A stretch of 64,000 bases of DNA from Amphiscolops sp. MND2022 (lineage: Eukaryota): contig OZ076409.1 of the NCBI GenBank assembly GCA_964187785.1, positions 13,828,001-13,892,000 on the forward strand, written 5' to 3'. The stretch's first letter is position 1; each line of letters opens with the position of its first letter. Both the position numbers and the translations under genes were made by a program. Below the pieces are notes generated by a model. The model worked only from the letters and a program-made list of their open reading frames with translations. It was not told the origin of the DNA and searched no databases. Positions 49,765-63,094 of the stretch are shown piece after piece.

Positions 49765-52700
49765 TTGAGAGATGGTAAACATCCTTTGTGGAAATGCGAG
49801 AAGTTTCTGAAGATGACGTGTCAAGCGCGATACGAGAAAGTCAAAGAGCTGAAACTCTGCTTTTGTTGTTTGGCTGGGAAACACGTAGTGAAAGACTGCA
49901 CATACAAAGCATGTGGAGTCAAAGGTTGTAACAGGCGGCACCATCGACTGCTACACCGCGAGACAAATGAGCGGCAGAAAGGAAGCGGAACGGAAGACCC
50001 ACAACAGAAAGCGGAGGCGAACTCTGCATTTTGCTCATTAAAGAGCAGTGGAATTCTACCCATTATACCTGTCATCATCCAAATTGGGAAAAAGCAAGAA
50101 TCAACCTTGGCGTTGTGTGACTCTGGAGCAAGTCTATCGTTCATAGACAAGGAATTAGCTGACAAATTAAATGCTCACGGGGAAGAAGTTGATTTGAGTG
50201 TGGCTGGAATACATGGGACCAATGAAGTGAAATGTGAACGACTCACCGTGGGAATTCGTGGCAAGGCAAGGAGCGACACACACCACATGACGGTCTACAC
50301 GCACCCAAACATAGACGCCGGATCAAAGATCTACAACTATCGGGAGCTCAAGCATGCCTATCCTCATTTGTCGGTTTTAAGCGAAGAAACATTGAAACTC
50401 AAAGATGTAAAAATGATTTTGGGACAAAACTGCTATCCTATACACCGGCCTGAAGAATACAAAAGCGGTACAAATGGTGAGCCATGGGCAGTGAAAACGA
50501 AACTTGGATGGACCCTCTGTGGACCACTTCCACAACAGGAAGCTGTGCAGATGACGGCATCTTGCGTAACAGCTTCTGAAGACGATGCTCTGGCAGAACA
50601 GATAAAAACTTGGTGGGACATTGAATCCTATGCGTCTCGCTGCGATGTGTCTGGAAGGTCCAAGGAAGATGAGAAAGCCTTGCAGATGCTAGAACAAAAC
50701 ACAAAGTTTGACGGCGAAAGATACGAAGTCGGTCTTCTCTGGAAAAGAAATGACCCCTTCTTGCCGAACAATTACTCTTCTGCATTAAGCCAAATGAAAT
50801 CGTTGGAGTATAGACTTGAAAAGAAACCGGAGTTGAAGAAACTCTATCAAGAATCTATCAAAGTAGATGTTGAAAAGGGATTCGTTAGAGTTCTGAAGCA
50901 AGAAGAATTAGAAGTTACAAAATTGGAAAGACAGTGGTATGTTCCACATCACCCAGTAGAAAATCCAAACAAACCAGGAAAAGTGAGGCGAGTGTGCAAC
51001 GCTGCATCGAAATTCCGTGGAATTTCCTTGAACAATAACCTCTTAACAGGGCCGGACCTGCTGCAGAAACTGATTGGAATAATCTTCAGGTTTAGAGAAC
51101 AAAGGATCGCCATCACTGCTGACATTGAAGCGATGTTCCTACAAGTGAAAGTACCGCCGGAAGATTGTAAAGTGTTGAGATTTCTATGGAGAGACGATAC
51201 AAATGAACCCGTTAAGGTGTATGAGTATGGAAGACATATCTTCGGAGCCAAAAGTTCGCCAACTTGCGCCAATTATGCTCTGCAACAAGTTGCAAGAGAT
51301 AACGCACAGGAGTCCCCACAAATTACCAAACTGATAAGGCGAAACTTCTATATGGATGACTTTGTCAAGTCTGTTCCCAGCGCGGAGCAGGCCATTGAAA
51401 TCTACAACTTATTGAGAGCGATGTTGGCAAGGGGAGGCTTTCACTTAACAAAATGGATTACCAACTGCGAACAGACTATGATGTCTATTGACCAAGCAGA
51501 CAAATCACCGTCCTCTAGTAAAACATTTGAAGCTGAGCCAACTTCTCCATCCATCTTGGGACTGCAATGGAACGTTGACGCAGATAATCTGGAAGTCTGC
51601 AGAGGCATGCAGAAGGAGATACCGGTGAAGATAACGCAGAGAGCGGTGTTATCCCATGTTTCAGCTGTATTCGACCCTTTGGGAATAGTGTCTCCTTTCA
51701 CCATAAGAATGCGACTGCTACTGAAATCAATATGGAAGGAGAACGGACAGTCGTGGGATAAAGAACTGAATGAAGAAAACCTACATGAATTCAAGAAGTG
51801 GGCATCAGAGATGATACATGTGAACAAAATGGCCCTCAAAAGAACATACTTTGAGTCAGGTGTGAACAAAGTAGATCTACATATCTTCTCAGACGCTTCG
51901 TTGGAAGCAATGTGTATGGTTGCCTATTTGAGAAAGCAAGAAAATGGCGAAGTGGCCTTTGTGATTGGCAAATGTAGAGTAGCTCCAATACGAAACATGA
52001 CAGTGGCTAAGTTGGAGATGCAGGCAGCAGTTTTTGGAGTAAGACTGCGAGAGCTCATTTTGGAAGAACATGATATTGAAGTAGACCAAATTGTACATTG
52101 GACAGATTCAACGACGGCTCTACAATGGCTTCACGCAAGTAACAACAAACAACCGGTCTTTGTGGCAAACCGCGTTGCTGAAATTCTCGAAAATTCAACT
52201 ATCGATCAATGGCGGCATGTTGAAGGAAAACTGAATCCTGCTGACATTGGAACTCGAGGAATGACAGTGGAAGCCCTAAAGGAAAGTGAGTGGCTTACAG
52301 GGCCGGCGTGGCTCACCGAGACAGAAGACGCCTGGCCTAAGGCGCCTGAAAAGTTGCAATTTAGCATTCGAGAAGAGCTTGAACCAGTCATGGAAGCTGC
52401 CGTAATGGAACCAGCATTCGAATGGGAAAGATTTGGGTCTTTCAAGAAAATGATTCGAGTGCTGTCATACTGCCTTAGATGGAGGAAAAAGAAATCCGAA
52501 GGAATACTGACAGTTGAAGAACTCAATGCGGCAAGACTGGTAGTTTTGAAGCGTTGTCAGAAGGAAAGTTTTCATGATGCCTACGAGAAGATCTACAAAG
52601 GGCAGCCGTTGTCGGCTTCAGATCAATTGAATAAACTATCGCCGTTTCTGGACGAAAATGGGTTGCTACGACTACAAGGTCGACTGCAACATTCAAAGTC

Positions 52701-53942
52701 AAGTTTTGAAATCAAACACCCAATCTTGTTGTCAGGAAAGCATTATGTTGTCATCAAGTTGATTGAAGATGCACATCAAGCGAATTTTCATGAAGGCACA
52801 GAATACGTCAGAAGTGTTCTAAGACAAGAATACTGGCTTATTGGATTGCGGAACGCTCTGAGGAGCGTCAAAGCGAAATGTGTTAAATGTAGAAAGCAAC
52901 GAGCGGGAGTGTCTCAACCATTTATGGCTGATTTACCACGAGAAAGATTGCAGGAACGAGTGTTCCCCTTTACCAACACTGGAGTTGATTATTTTGGTCC
53001 CTTTGAAGTGAAGTTCATGCGTAAGACTATGAAGAGATGGTGCTGTCTCTTCACCTGTTTGACGACTAGAGCAGTACATATCGAAGTTGTTCCATCTTTG
53101 GAAGCAGAAACCTGCTTAACTGCTATCACACGGTTTATTGCCCGGAGAGGCAAACCTGCTACAATATTGAGCGATAATGGGACGAACTTCGTGGGTGCAG
53201 CCAAAGAAATGAGAGATTTATAAATGTATGGAATCAGTCAGACATTGAGAAGTCTTTAGCTCAAAAGGACATCAAGTGGAAATTCAACCCTCCTGGAGCC
53301 CCTCACTTCGGAGGAATCTGGGAACGGTTGGTCCGAAGTTTTAAAAAGGCGATGATAGCTGTATTGGATGGACGATCCTTGACAGACGACGTTCTCATAA
53401 CAACTATGTGCCTAGTAGAGCAGACGTTGAATGCTAGACCACTGACAAGTAGTAGTGATGACCCAGATGACTTGGAAGCTCTGACTCCTAATCACTTCCT
53501 GTTGGGACGAGCTAATTTAGCCACACCCTTCCTACCGGACGCTCAACGTTACACAGACTTGAGACGGGTATTCCGAGTGTCGCAAGCTTATTCAGATATG
53601 ATCTGGACCAGATGGACTAAAGAGTATCTGCCAGAATGGAACGTGCGTAATAAGTGGAACAACGATGATGTGAGACAACTGAAAGTGAATGATTTGGTTT
53701 GGGTCGTGGATGAAAACGTGAAACGGTCCAACTACAAGATGGCCAGAGTGTTGGAAGTACAAGAAGGAAGCGATGGCAGAGTCAGATCTGCGACTGTTGT
53801 GACAAAAGATGGCAAACTAAAAAAACCAGTAGTGAAACTGGCACCCATGTTCTACGAAAGTGTTTTTCGGGAGAAAAACAGGGCCGGCAATGTTGGCGCC
53901 AGTCAATTGCGAGATCAGAAACTCAAATTCGAACGTGACTGA
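49765..53942 (+). pseudogene. pol: BEL/Pao gag-pol: zinc knuckles, protease, RT, RNase H, integrase; 5'-truncated, with a frameshift near 53220
   Basis: CFCCLAGKHVVKDC and CGVKGCNRRHHRLLH knuckles; ALCDSGA; GPDLL, DIEAMF and YMDD; FSDAS, WTDS and NPAD; GVDYFGP, SDNGTNF and GGIWER; LTPNHFL. Confidence 0.96.
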
Positions 53943-54786
53943 TGAAACTTACAACTCAAAAGACTTAGAAAAATTATCAAGATTTTAGATGGAAAAATAC
54001 AAGTCCAAGCAAAAATGACCCTATGTAATAAAACACCACCCCCCCCGTCCCGGTAAACCGCTCACTCAATCACCCTGAAACTTGGCACACATATAGTGGT
54101 GGTGCTTCCCTAACTTTTCACTCTTAACAAGCTACCCCGTATCTCCCCTGGGTTCAGAGCTATTAACACCCAAAGAGACCTAGGTCGGACCCCATGAAAT
54201 ACCCAATTTTGATGTATCAATTATTATGTGATTCTCTCATATGACCTTGAAGGAAATTCATCTCTGTTGAAATTACTGATATTTACATTGTGTAAACATA
54301 CTTTCTAACCCACCTGACCAACATGCCAAAACCACCTTATAGTTTGTTTACTTAGCCAATAACTTCATTTTATGCTTTAAATGTCATTTATTTATACAAC
54401 ATATTTCAACTAATATTTGTTCTATATTTACTGTAGAATTGTAAACCACATGTATACCATTATGCGATAGAGATTTTAACGACTGAATAGCTGTAGTCAA
54501 GTTGGGTCTTAGGACCATTTCAATTCTCAATTCATTTCTTCACCTCTTTTCGACTTTTCGCCAAAGACTTAGGGCGACTAAGTTAGTTACTCTCAACTTG
54601 TGGAGAGTTGGACGTGTTAAGAGACAAGGAAGAAGTGCAATTCGGGATCATTGGATCCTACTAAGTCAAGATACAGTCCTTTTAATCTACGAAGCAAGCA
54701 GTGTTCGGTAACGATCCGCAGTGCCGAGCACCGAATTCAGGGCGGCGTAAAGTTTGGTCAATTGAAGGGATCAAGCAGCCGTTACA
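53891..54786 (+). repeat. BEL/Pao 3' LTR (896 bp)
   Basis: Direct repeat of 48852-49746. The polyprotein stop (53942) lies inside it. Confidence 0.96.
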
Positions 54787-55738
54787 AAGGTCTTTCTTAT
54801 ACCTTCTCCCTTCCTCAAAAAAACTGCGAGAATCCGTTGGAAATATTTTTTTGTTCCCAAGCCTAAGTTTAGAGCCCATTCAGCAGCACACTTCAGAATT
54901 GGTGATCGAATTCGGATGAATGTGGTTTTCTTGATAGACATGTATGTTTGTCCAGAATTTGATTTCGTCGTACTTCGAAGCACGTTCTGCACCTCTCCAA
55001 GTATTCTACTAACTCTATCACTGAAGTTTGATACCCGGGTTTTTGTCCATCGACATCTTCCTGCCTGTCTTGCCAATTGTCAAGTAAAATAGTCATCCTA
55101 CTTTTTAAGTAGCTGTTTGGACTGTCAAGTTTCCCGACACGGCTAGAAATTGTGGGTTTGTCCCGTTACTGTCCTCAAGTTCTCAGATGTTGACATTGAA
55201 AGTCGAGCCAACACTGCTATTTCAAGCAACTCGATTCAGTGATTCCACATAGTAAATGGCGGTTTTCTTGCATCCTGTGGAGGATACGCCAGTTTGTAGT
55301 CTTGCTCAAGGATGGTAAAAGAGATAGAAGTGGCAATACCATTTGAAGTGGCGTAACTGACTTCATGTATCTTTTTGTGAGTCTGACATTTTCTCACACT
55401 TTTGCCTTGGCAGGTATTTTGAGTAAAATACGAGTAAAATACGCTATATGATGTACTGTTGACTAATATGTTTCTAATTAAAACTCTGTCTATCACAATT
55501 ACTCAAGAAATCCCCAGGTTTTTTGTAGAACAAGGCGCTGTGCAATGAAGCCGCGACACTTTCCGATAAAATAAAATACTTCTCAAAAAATGCTCGGGAC
55601 TTACCTAGAAAATTCAGTGAATCAAAAAACGATTTCAGAGTTCAGATAAACTCAAGTCATAAGCAGTTTGAGCAGTAATATCAATCTCCTTGAACTACAG
55701 AAGAGCCGAAACTGAAATGACTCTTGCAAAGAAATTTT

Positions 55739-55996
55739 GGATCTCTTTCACTATATCCCCCCCCTACAGCAAAAAGGGGGGACATAGTGAAACGCTATTA
55801 AATGCATGTATTGGCTTTTGATAAAAAGAACCAATAAAAAGTGTCGTTAGTTGTGACGACATCAATTGATTCACAGAATAGCATGAGAGATTAGCCAATA
55901 GGAGATGGATATAAATGAGCCACAAACATTTATTTTCTCTAGGGGGGACATAGTGTAACGAGTGATATAGGGGGGGGGACATAGTGAAAGAGATCC
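55739..55996. mobile_element. MITE
   Basis: TIR GGATCTCTTTCACTAT(A/G)TCCCCCCCC. TSD GAAATTTT at 55731-55738 and 55997-56004. Confidence 0.92.
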
Positions 55997-56859
55997 GAAA
56001 TTTTTTGTATGACTTTTTGTAGCCAATGAAATTACAGAGACGCTGATTTTCCTCTAGATCCCTGCGTTCGCGATTGTCGCGTCATTGAATCCAGCTTCAA
56101 AACAAGAAAACTTGTCCTAATTTACAGGGTGCACATTACAGTTCATTTTAATAATTTACAACAATCACTTTGTTCAGCACTTGAGGTTCTCATAAGCTAG
56201 TGAAAAATTTTCATGTCAAATTTTGTTTTAATGTTTAAAGAGATGTAAATAAACGACAACCAATTTATAATGAATATAGAGTCCAATTTGATAAGTTCTC
56301 CAGAGAACAAATATTATTAAAATAGATCACTGTACAGTAGTGATATTTCTGAAAGCAACAAAAGGCAAATCTCAAAATCGAATATGTCTAACACAGCAGC
56401 GATTTTTGAAAAATGATAAAAGTGAAAGTTTCTTAAAATTTTATCTTGTTTACAAGTATTTTATTTGAAGGTTATGCGATGAAAATTGTAGAAGTTAGGA
56501 TAGGCCATTTTTAACCAAATTTAGGTCAAAATTAAGGTTTTTCTCACTTTTAGTCAACCTTTGCTTGAAATTTTAGAGAAATTTTATGTGCAATCGACTC
56601 CCCTGTTTTAACTGAAGCCCTTGATATGTTTTGATTTGAAAATCATCCTAAAATGGTAGAAAAAATACGCTGTAAAATTAGACTTTTCAAAAAACATGTA
56701 TTAAGATATGATTTTGAACTTTATTAACTTGAAACAAACTCATACTAATACAATTTAGAATATTTTCGAGAAAAAAATGTATTGTCAGATTCGAAATGTT
56801 TGGGAGAAGTTTTCTGTCTAAATTATTTTGAAATCAAAAAATTGTAAGTTGGACAAATA

Positions 56860-57908
56860 CCCGGGTCGACCCTCCATGGATATCTTAGTAAGATCTTGGC
56901 AAGATCTTGCCAAGATCTTGGAAAAATCTTAGCTAAGATCGTGACAAGATATTGCCAAGAATTGCAAGATGCCATGGTAAGATCTTATCAAGAGAGCCAT
57001 GTTTCCAAGAAAAATCTTACTAAGAAGCCCAATATGGCAAGAAAAATCTAACTAAGAAGCCGAATATCACAAGAAAAAAATTGTTACGAACTGCTCGATA
57101 TCGAGAAAAAGTAGAATCAGAAAACCATTCAATTAAGAGTTATGGAAAAATAATCTAGACATCACCCAAAACAAAATTACTGAATGATTTTTACAACCAT
57201 TTCGATATCGATATTGTTCTTTCAATTGCAAAACTGTCGCCAACAACGGCGTCAGAAAAGCCTTGAGCTGTATCATTACCCAAATTAGAGCAATGACCGC
57301 CGTTTCTAGCAGTAATAAGGCAGCTGAAACAGGCTCAAAGAAAGCTGGAAATATGATTATTACAAAAGTTTCAGGATTTTAAGGTCTTTCCTTTGTAACT
57401 TTTCGATAGTGGGTCTGGACGTTTTAGAGCATATTTCTCCGCCTCTGGAATCGACAGGAGTGATAAATTACAAGTTTTGGAAAGCTCTTGAAATGATCTT
57501 TCATTTGGTACATTCGCATTTCTCAGTCTTAAACAGGCGAGGACTTATTAGGATTCTCGTAAAAATTTCGGAAGCCAGAATACGTTATCGTAATTTTTCA
57601 CGCATTTTTGCATGCAAAATTTTTTCAGCCGGTTTAAGCATTTTGATTATGAAAACGAGTAGAAATAGTCGTTGTTGGGTGAAAAGAGCCATTAGATTGA
57701 GTCTCGGCTGCTTGTACCGAAGGTATAGTGTTTTTTTATAATCTTAAATTTTTGTCCATCGTGATAAGATACGATCTTGGAATAAGTATTATCTTAGTAA
57801 GATCTTAATAAGAATCTTGCTATGGGATCCATGGTTGCCAAGATGTAGTAAGAATTTGGCAAGATCTTGCCAAGACAGCCAAGATGCTAGTAAGAGGATC
57901 AACTCGGG
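56860..57908. mobile_element. Non-autonomous DNA transposon with CCC...GGG ends and AAGATCTT palindrome arrays
   Basis: TA|CCCGGGTCGACCCTC ... GAGGATCAACTCGGG|TA. TTGGCAAGATCTTGCCAAG repeats near both ends. Superfamily uncertain. Confidence 0.75.
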
Positions 57909-58374
57909 TATTCAAAAAACTAAAATTGATGTTTTGGAAATCGCTCTCGACTAATGAAATGAGCGCGTGAGACCTTGATCAGCCAATGATATTTGTTTAT
58001 TTGCTTTCTTTCCGCTTGCTATGTTGCTTCTTCTAGAATCATTACTGTATTACCGAAATGGATTTTGTGTAAATGGAAACAACCTCTTACTAAAATTTCA
58101 CGACCGAATGTCAAAATGAAATTTTAACATTTTGAGCTTTTGCATGATAAACTAAAACATTGTTAAAAATTAAAACGAACTATAAACTCTGTATTTCAAA
58201 ATTGGATGAGAACCTGAAGTATTCGTAAGATCTAGGAATGAAGTCAGAGTGAAAGATTAACGATTTCTATACGAAACGTCTTATATTTCATTCATCGAAT
58301 TAACAGTCTGATCAACACAGTTTGAACAAAAGTTTGAAAACAACGTGAAAAGTCAGAAGGTTCAGTTAGAAATA

Positions 58375-59871
58375 CAGTAGCGTTCTAAAATATTGCAACC
58401 TCTTGAACGCTTTTCTAGGCAAATATTATCAAACATCCCAGACTCTAGGGTAGCTAGAAAAGTAAATAAGATATCAATCGAAAGGTAATTTGACAAGATT
58501 TCTCACAAGTTTTTTTTCATTCTTTCAACCTAAGGTGCCACAAACCTGCAATAAAGGTAGAGCAAATATTTTTACTTTATCTAGGAAAAAAATCAGTTTA
58601 TCTAAGATTTCCAAAATATTGAGCATACATAAATCACCGTTTCACGTGTTATTCGGAGATTTCTGGAACGTGGAACGATTCAGCGCAAATTCAGCCCCGG
58701 AAGACCCGAAAATGTACCTAGTCTACCGAAAAAACCGTTGTTAGGAATTGTAAAAAAGCGTCTGGAATTGCCCAAACTTTACCAATTATCATCGCACCTT
58801 CCACTTGTCAGAAGAGTACCTAATGTCAGGGGTTGGCAATAAATAATTATTGGAAAAATAATTGTCAATAAATAAAAAAACATTATTTAATTCGAGATCG
58901 AAGAAACAAAAATAATTTGTTTTCACTGGTAAATAATTATTACAATAAACTGAAACGTATTGTTGTGGGATAATTGAATTGTTAATAGAATTTGAGTGGA
59001 CGCCGAGAGCTGTGATTTGCTAACCGAGCAGTATTCACAAATTATAGAAAGAAATCTCCAATCAACCTAGAGGCGCATATATTCCTCCAGTTCAATAAAG
59101 AACTTTGGAATGTCAAGACTGTAGCAGATTTGATTTGAGTTTTTTTTATTATTGATTTTATTTTAAATAATTTCAGTAATTTATTTTTTCCAAGCACAAT
59201 AAAAATTATTTATTGGTAGGCTTGTAATGTATTGCAATACAATATTACCAACCCATGCCTAATGTTGGTTTTCATCCCTTATTTTCGCCAAAATTCAAAG
59301 AAGTGTTAGCAAAAAGACTTATAATCTGGGAATGTGTCAGGTCGAATGGCGAAAGGTTGATTTTTCCCATCAAAAACAAAGTCAACGCTGATGTTTACAT
59401 TGACTGTTTGAAAAACAAGGTCTATCCTTTCTGAATCTCCATTACGTTTTTCGACAGGACAACGCACCGGCCCATACAGCTGAAATAACGATGTTTTTTT
59501 CAAGAGAATGCATTCACATTACTGGAAAACTGGCCCCCACAATCTTCAGATTTGAATATCATTGAAAGTTTGTAGCACATTTTGAAACAAAAATATTATT
59601 CGAAGGAATCCTGAAACGTTGGAACAACTTTGGATTTTCACTGAGGAAGAATTTTACCGAAAGCCAAACTTTTACATAAAAACACTTTACGCATCTATTC
59701 CGAGACGATACAAGGAATTTTGAAAAACAAAGGGACCCGAGGAAATATTACACTGTTAAAAACATTTTCCTGCTCAAACGCGTTTTTGTACATTGTATTT
59801 TTTGTGGCCTAATTCAATTTTGAAAATTCGTATTCGTTTTCAGAGAGGTGCAATATATTAGAACGCTACTG
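58375..59871 (+). mobile_element. Decayed Tc1-type transposon
   Basis: TA|CAGTAGCGTTCTAA.ATATTGCA TIRs|TA. Transposase remnants FRQDNAPAHT (~59447) and WPPQSSDLNIIE (~59531). Confidence 0.9.
58827..59257. mobile_element. hAT-type MITE nested in the Tc1
   Basis: CAGGGGTTGGCAATA ... TATTACCAACCCATG. TSD CCTAATGT at 58819-58826 and 59258-59265. Confidence 0.88.
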
Positions 59872-60012
59872 TAAGTTGAGTCAATGTTGAGTGTATGATG
59901 CAGGGTTACCGAAAATATCATTGGAATAATATTTCCTTCGAAAATAGGTTATTTTAATATTTTTCCCTAAAAATAAATAATTCAAAAGTATCGGCTTCAA
60001 AATTAAATTATC

Positions 60013-61711
60013 CTAATATTCGAAAACATTTATGAATTTTATCAACTTTGAAACAGTTTCTTCATTCCATAAATATTGATTATGGTACAGGAATTGGATA
60101 GCCTCCATATGCAATGGTGTTAGAGCGTGACGCAAATGATTCTGTGTAAGTCGGCTCCTACTCAATCTACTTTCACATACATTGGATGTCGGGGTTCCCA
60201 CTTCAAAGTCACCGCTGGTTCGCACATGTTTTGTCGCTTTAACAGATTTTCAGCATATTCATCTGATTTATTCAGTGTTGTTTCAGTGGGTACATCATGT
60301 GAAAACTTAGAAACGTAGAAACTTAGAAACTTAGAAACTTAGAAACTTAGGCCATTTCAGTGTCATTCAATTCTCCTCCAGTCATTGCTTCAGTTAATGC
60401 GCTCTCAAAGTTTGGCGATTTAACAATTTCAATTTTGTCAGCGAGGTACTTTGAACGAGCTGGGAAATCGCGAATAACGGCGTCGAAAAAAATACGGACG
60501 TGGCTAATATCGATTTTCTCTGATTGTAATTTCAATGTTATAGACTGAAATTTTTTCATGTCTCTCAGAATTGTTTCTGCCATCAAGTCGTCTGTTGTGT
60601 TAGGTAACAAGCTAGCTAGTTCAACACTAGAAGAACTTATCATTGGGCGAATTTCGAGATGTCGTTTCAGCATTTCGAAAGCTGATGACCAACGTGAGAC
60701 GTTCCTAGTCACCGGGGATTAGTTTGCAGGCATCCGAAGTATTGCACGCTGTTTCAATGTTTGCAATTTCTTCATTAGCTCATTGACTTTTGCAAGAAGA
60801 TTTTCTGGCGGCAATAGATATAATTTATGGCCAAAATGAAACGATGGCTTGCACTTCTTCTGTCAAAAGCGGAGAAAACGCAAGCATGCGGACAGTGCTT
60901 CTTTTTGACAAGGAAGATGGAAATACGGTACTCTTGACTACGTGTTACGTGTGGTCCCAAGCGATTTCTCCTTACTAAGTGTGGTCCCTATTTTATAAGT
61001 GTGGTCCCTGCATAGTTTGTCGGAATTTTATTATTACGTCGTCAGCTATGTTCACATACCCCTAGTGCCCTAAATGCAGGAGCGAAGCGACGTGCCATAT
61101 GGCCATGCCTCAATGTTGCTACTTGGCGAAGGGAGCGAAGCGACCGAGCCATACAACAAATATTCTAACCTCTTCTAGGGACCACATTTAGTCAGGAGTT
61201 TTCAGGCCGGCTGCATAAGTTTTGTAGGGACCCACTTAGTCAGGAGTACCGGAAATACGGCGTTAAAGAGACGTAATGGGTTGATGTTTGGTCAGACCAT
61301 CCGTCAAAAATAATTCCAATTTGGTTGAAAAGTTCCTCTTTGATCTTCTCTTCAACAGCAATAACCAATTTATCAATATATTTAACAACAGTATCCGAGT
61401 CAATTGGAGATAAATTGGTGTTCTTCCTTGTCATAACACGTTCGACAAAACAAATGGGAAGATGATCTAATACAATCTTTGTCCATCCACTCGAAGATTT
61501 CATATGCTTCCATTGAAACCTTTGGCATAATCAGAATATATTTTTCTTTGGATTCAACTTCTTGTTTCCATTTGGGGTGATCAGTAATCACATAACTAAT
61601 CAGATTTGTGAACCCATTGTTCTTTTTACGTTCTCGCTCGCTTTGACAAATGTACTTGTCACCCTCGACATGCTTGAAATACAATTTAACACCTTTTTGA
61701 TTCATAGACAA
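60013..61711 (-). pseudogene. hAT transposase pseudogene
   Basis: BED-like N-terminus (YICQ...GFTNLISY..DH), IFDGWSD, RMLAFSPL, NVSRWSSAFEML, PTSNVCES and the C-terminal dimerisation-type motif. Many frameshifts and a MITE insertion. Confidence 0.88.
60927..61250. mobile_element. MITE inserted in the hAT transposase
   Basis: GGTACTC(T/C)TGACTA TIRs, GTGTGGTCCC subterminal repeats, TSD GGAAATAC at 60919-60926 and 61251-61258. Confidence 0.88.
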
Positions 61712-61966
61712 AATTGCTCAATCTGGTTTTAATGTGTATTCAATTAAACAAGGCGTTCAAAACAAGCTAAGTGATGGTAAAGTACACGTAATTGTGCGGA
61801 AACAATGCTGCTTGTAATTGGTTGTTAACTTACGGGGAATTCCCAAACAGCCGAAATTCCGAACAGCAGAAAATGAAAAATTGGTCTCAAACAGCAGAAT
61901 ATTTCTTTGTTGCAATCTGATTGCTTGAAATTTTTTATCGAATTGAATTCACTAAGCTGAAAACGC

Positions 61967-62225
61967 TGTTCACATACCCCTAGTGCCCTAAATGCAGGAG
62001 CGAAGCCAAGCGGAGCGACGTGCCATATGGCCATGCCTCAATGTTGCTACTTGGCGAAGGGAGCGAAGCGACCGAGCCATACAACAAACATGCCAACCTC
62101 TTCAAATAATAACCTGAAAAAAATCGCTGCTATTCTCTTTGAATAGCCTAATTTCCTTGGGCGTAATTTCCGTTTGGGCGTAATTTCCTTGGGCGTAATG
62201 TCTTTGGGCGTAATGTCCTAGAACC
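61967..62225. mobile_element. Right half of the 28035-28382 MITE family
   Basis: Matches 28134-28382, including TTGGGCGTAATTTCC arrays and the CCTAGAACC end. Confidence 0.75.
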
Positions 62226-62786
62226 GTATCATCGGCTAACGGAGAGCTATGACTTAACCTGAATGCTATGTTAGTCTGTTCAAACAATCATTCAAGAAAA
62301 CAAAAATGTTACGGACCAAGTTGGCGGAGGGAGCGAAGCGACCGAGCCACCCTAGTTGAGACTGCAGGAACTTTTTACATGCTGCAGGCCTGCATGCAGG
62401 GTAATTGTTTATAAAACCTAGAAAATTCAGGGTAATTCAGGTGGTAAATCTTGTAGAATTACACTGCATTTTTCACTACTGCAATTAAATTTGAAAATAG
62501 ATACAACATCATCACCGACACGACCTTATTGTATTTACAATTTGCTTTCTCAACTACTCATCTGATGTGATCACCGCGTCTCAAATAGGACGCTAAACAT
62601 GACGGTATATTGCAGTTTATTAGGTGACTGAAGTAATTTTGCATTAAAATGGCTGTTAAACTGAGAGCAATTTATTTGCTTTTAAAATTAGAACTGCTTC
62701 TTAATGAAACCTGCAAAACTTCAAGGCGTAAAATTGCCGCCAAAACTTTGATGAATCTTTCAAGCAGCTTGATAAAAGTCGAATAC

Positions 62787-63094
62787 GGTGAATTCCCAAA
62801 TAACATAAGAGCAAATAATATAAAAACAAAATTAGTTTCAAATAACATAAAAATGAAATGAGTTTCAAATACCATAAAAATGAAATGAGTTTCACTAACA
62901 TAAAATTGTTTACGAGAAAGTTTTACTGGTCAAAATCATTCACAATTCAAAAGATTCGCTGGAAAAAGTATGAAAATTACAAATAAAATTTTTTGAGTTC
63001 GATTGTTTAACCGTGTACTCGGTTTAATTTTTATGTTATTTGAAACTAATTTTGTTTTTATGTTATTTGCTCTTATGTTATTTGGTACGTAGTC
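62787..63094. mobile_element. MULE-like MITE
   Basis: ~60-bp inverted repeat CCAAATAACATAAGAGCAAATAA... at both ends. 9-bp TSD GTCGAATAC at 62778-62786 and 63095-63103. Confidence 0.85.

Larger units (their letters stand above)
48852..54786 (+). mobile_element. BEL/Pao LTR retrotransposon, internally deleted
   Basis: LTRs TGTTGG...TTACA at 48852-49746 and 53891-54786. TSD AAGGT at 48847-48851 and 54787-54791. TTTGGTCC follows the 5' LTR; a purine-rich tract precedes the 3' LTR. Confidence 0.97.
46810..55230 (-). pseudogene. Decayed Gypsy pol relic interrupted by the BEL/Pao insertion (relic at 46810-48846 and 54792-55230)
   Basis: Integrase zinc-binding remnant HFRHAGDDAMLREAEHVWWPRIHRE..C; VDFAG; HYLSRHP; RT-like IAMDSRAL near 48650. 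Outer limits approximate. Confidence 0.65.

Noticed and set aside
49821..53204. Minus-strand ORFs within the BEL element (and plus-strand ORFs within Gypsy pol)
   Set aside because: Shadows of the polyprotein frame with no independent splice or motif support.
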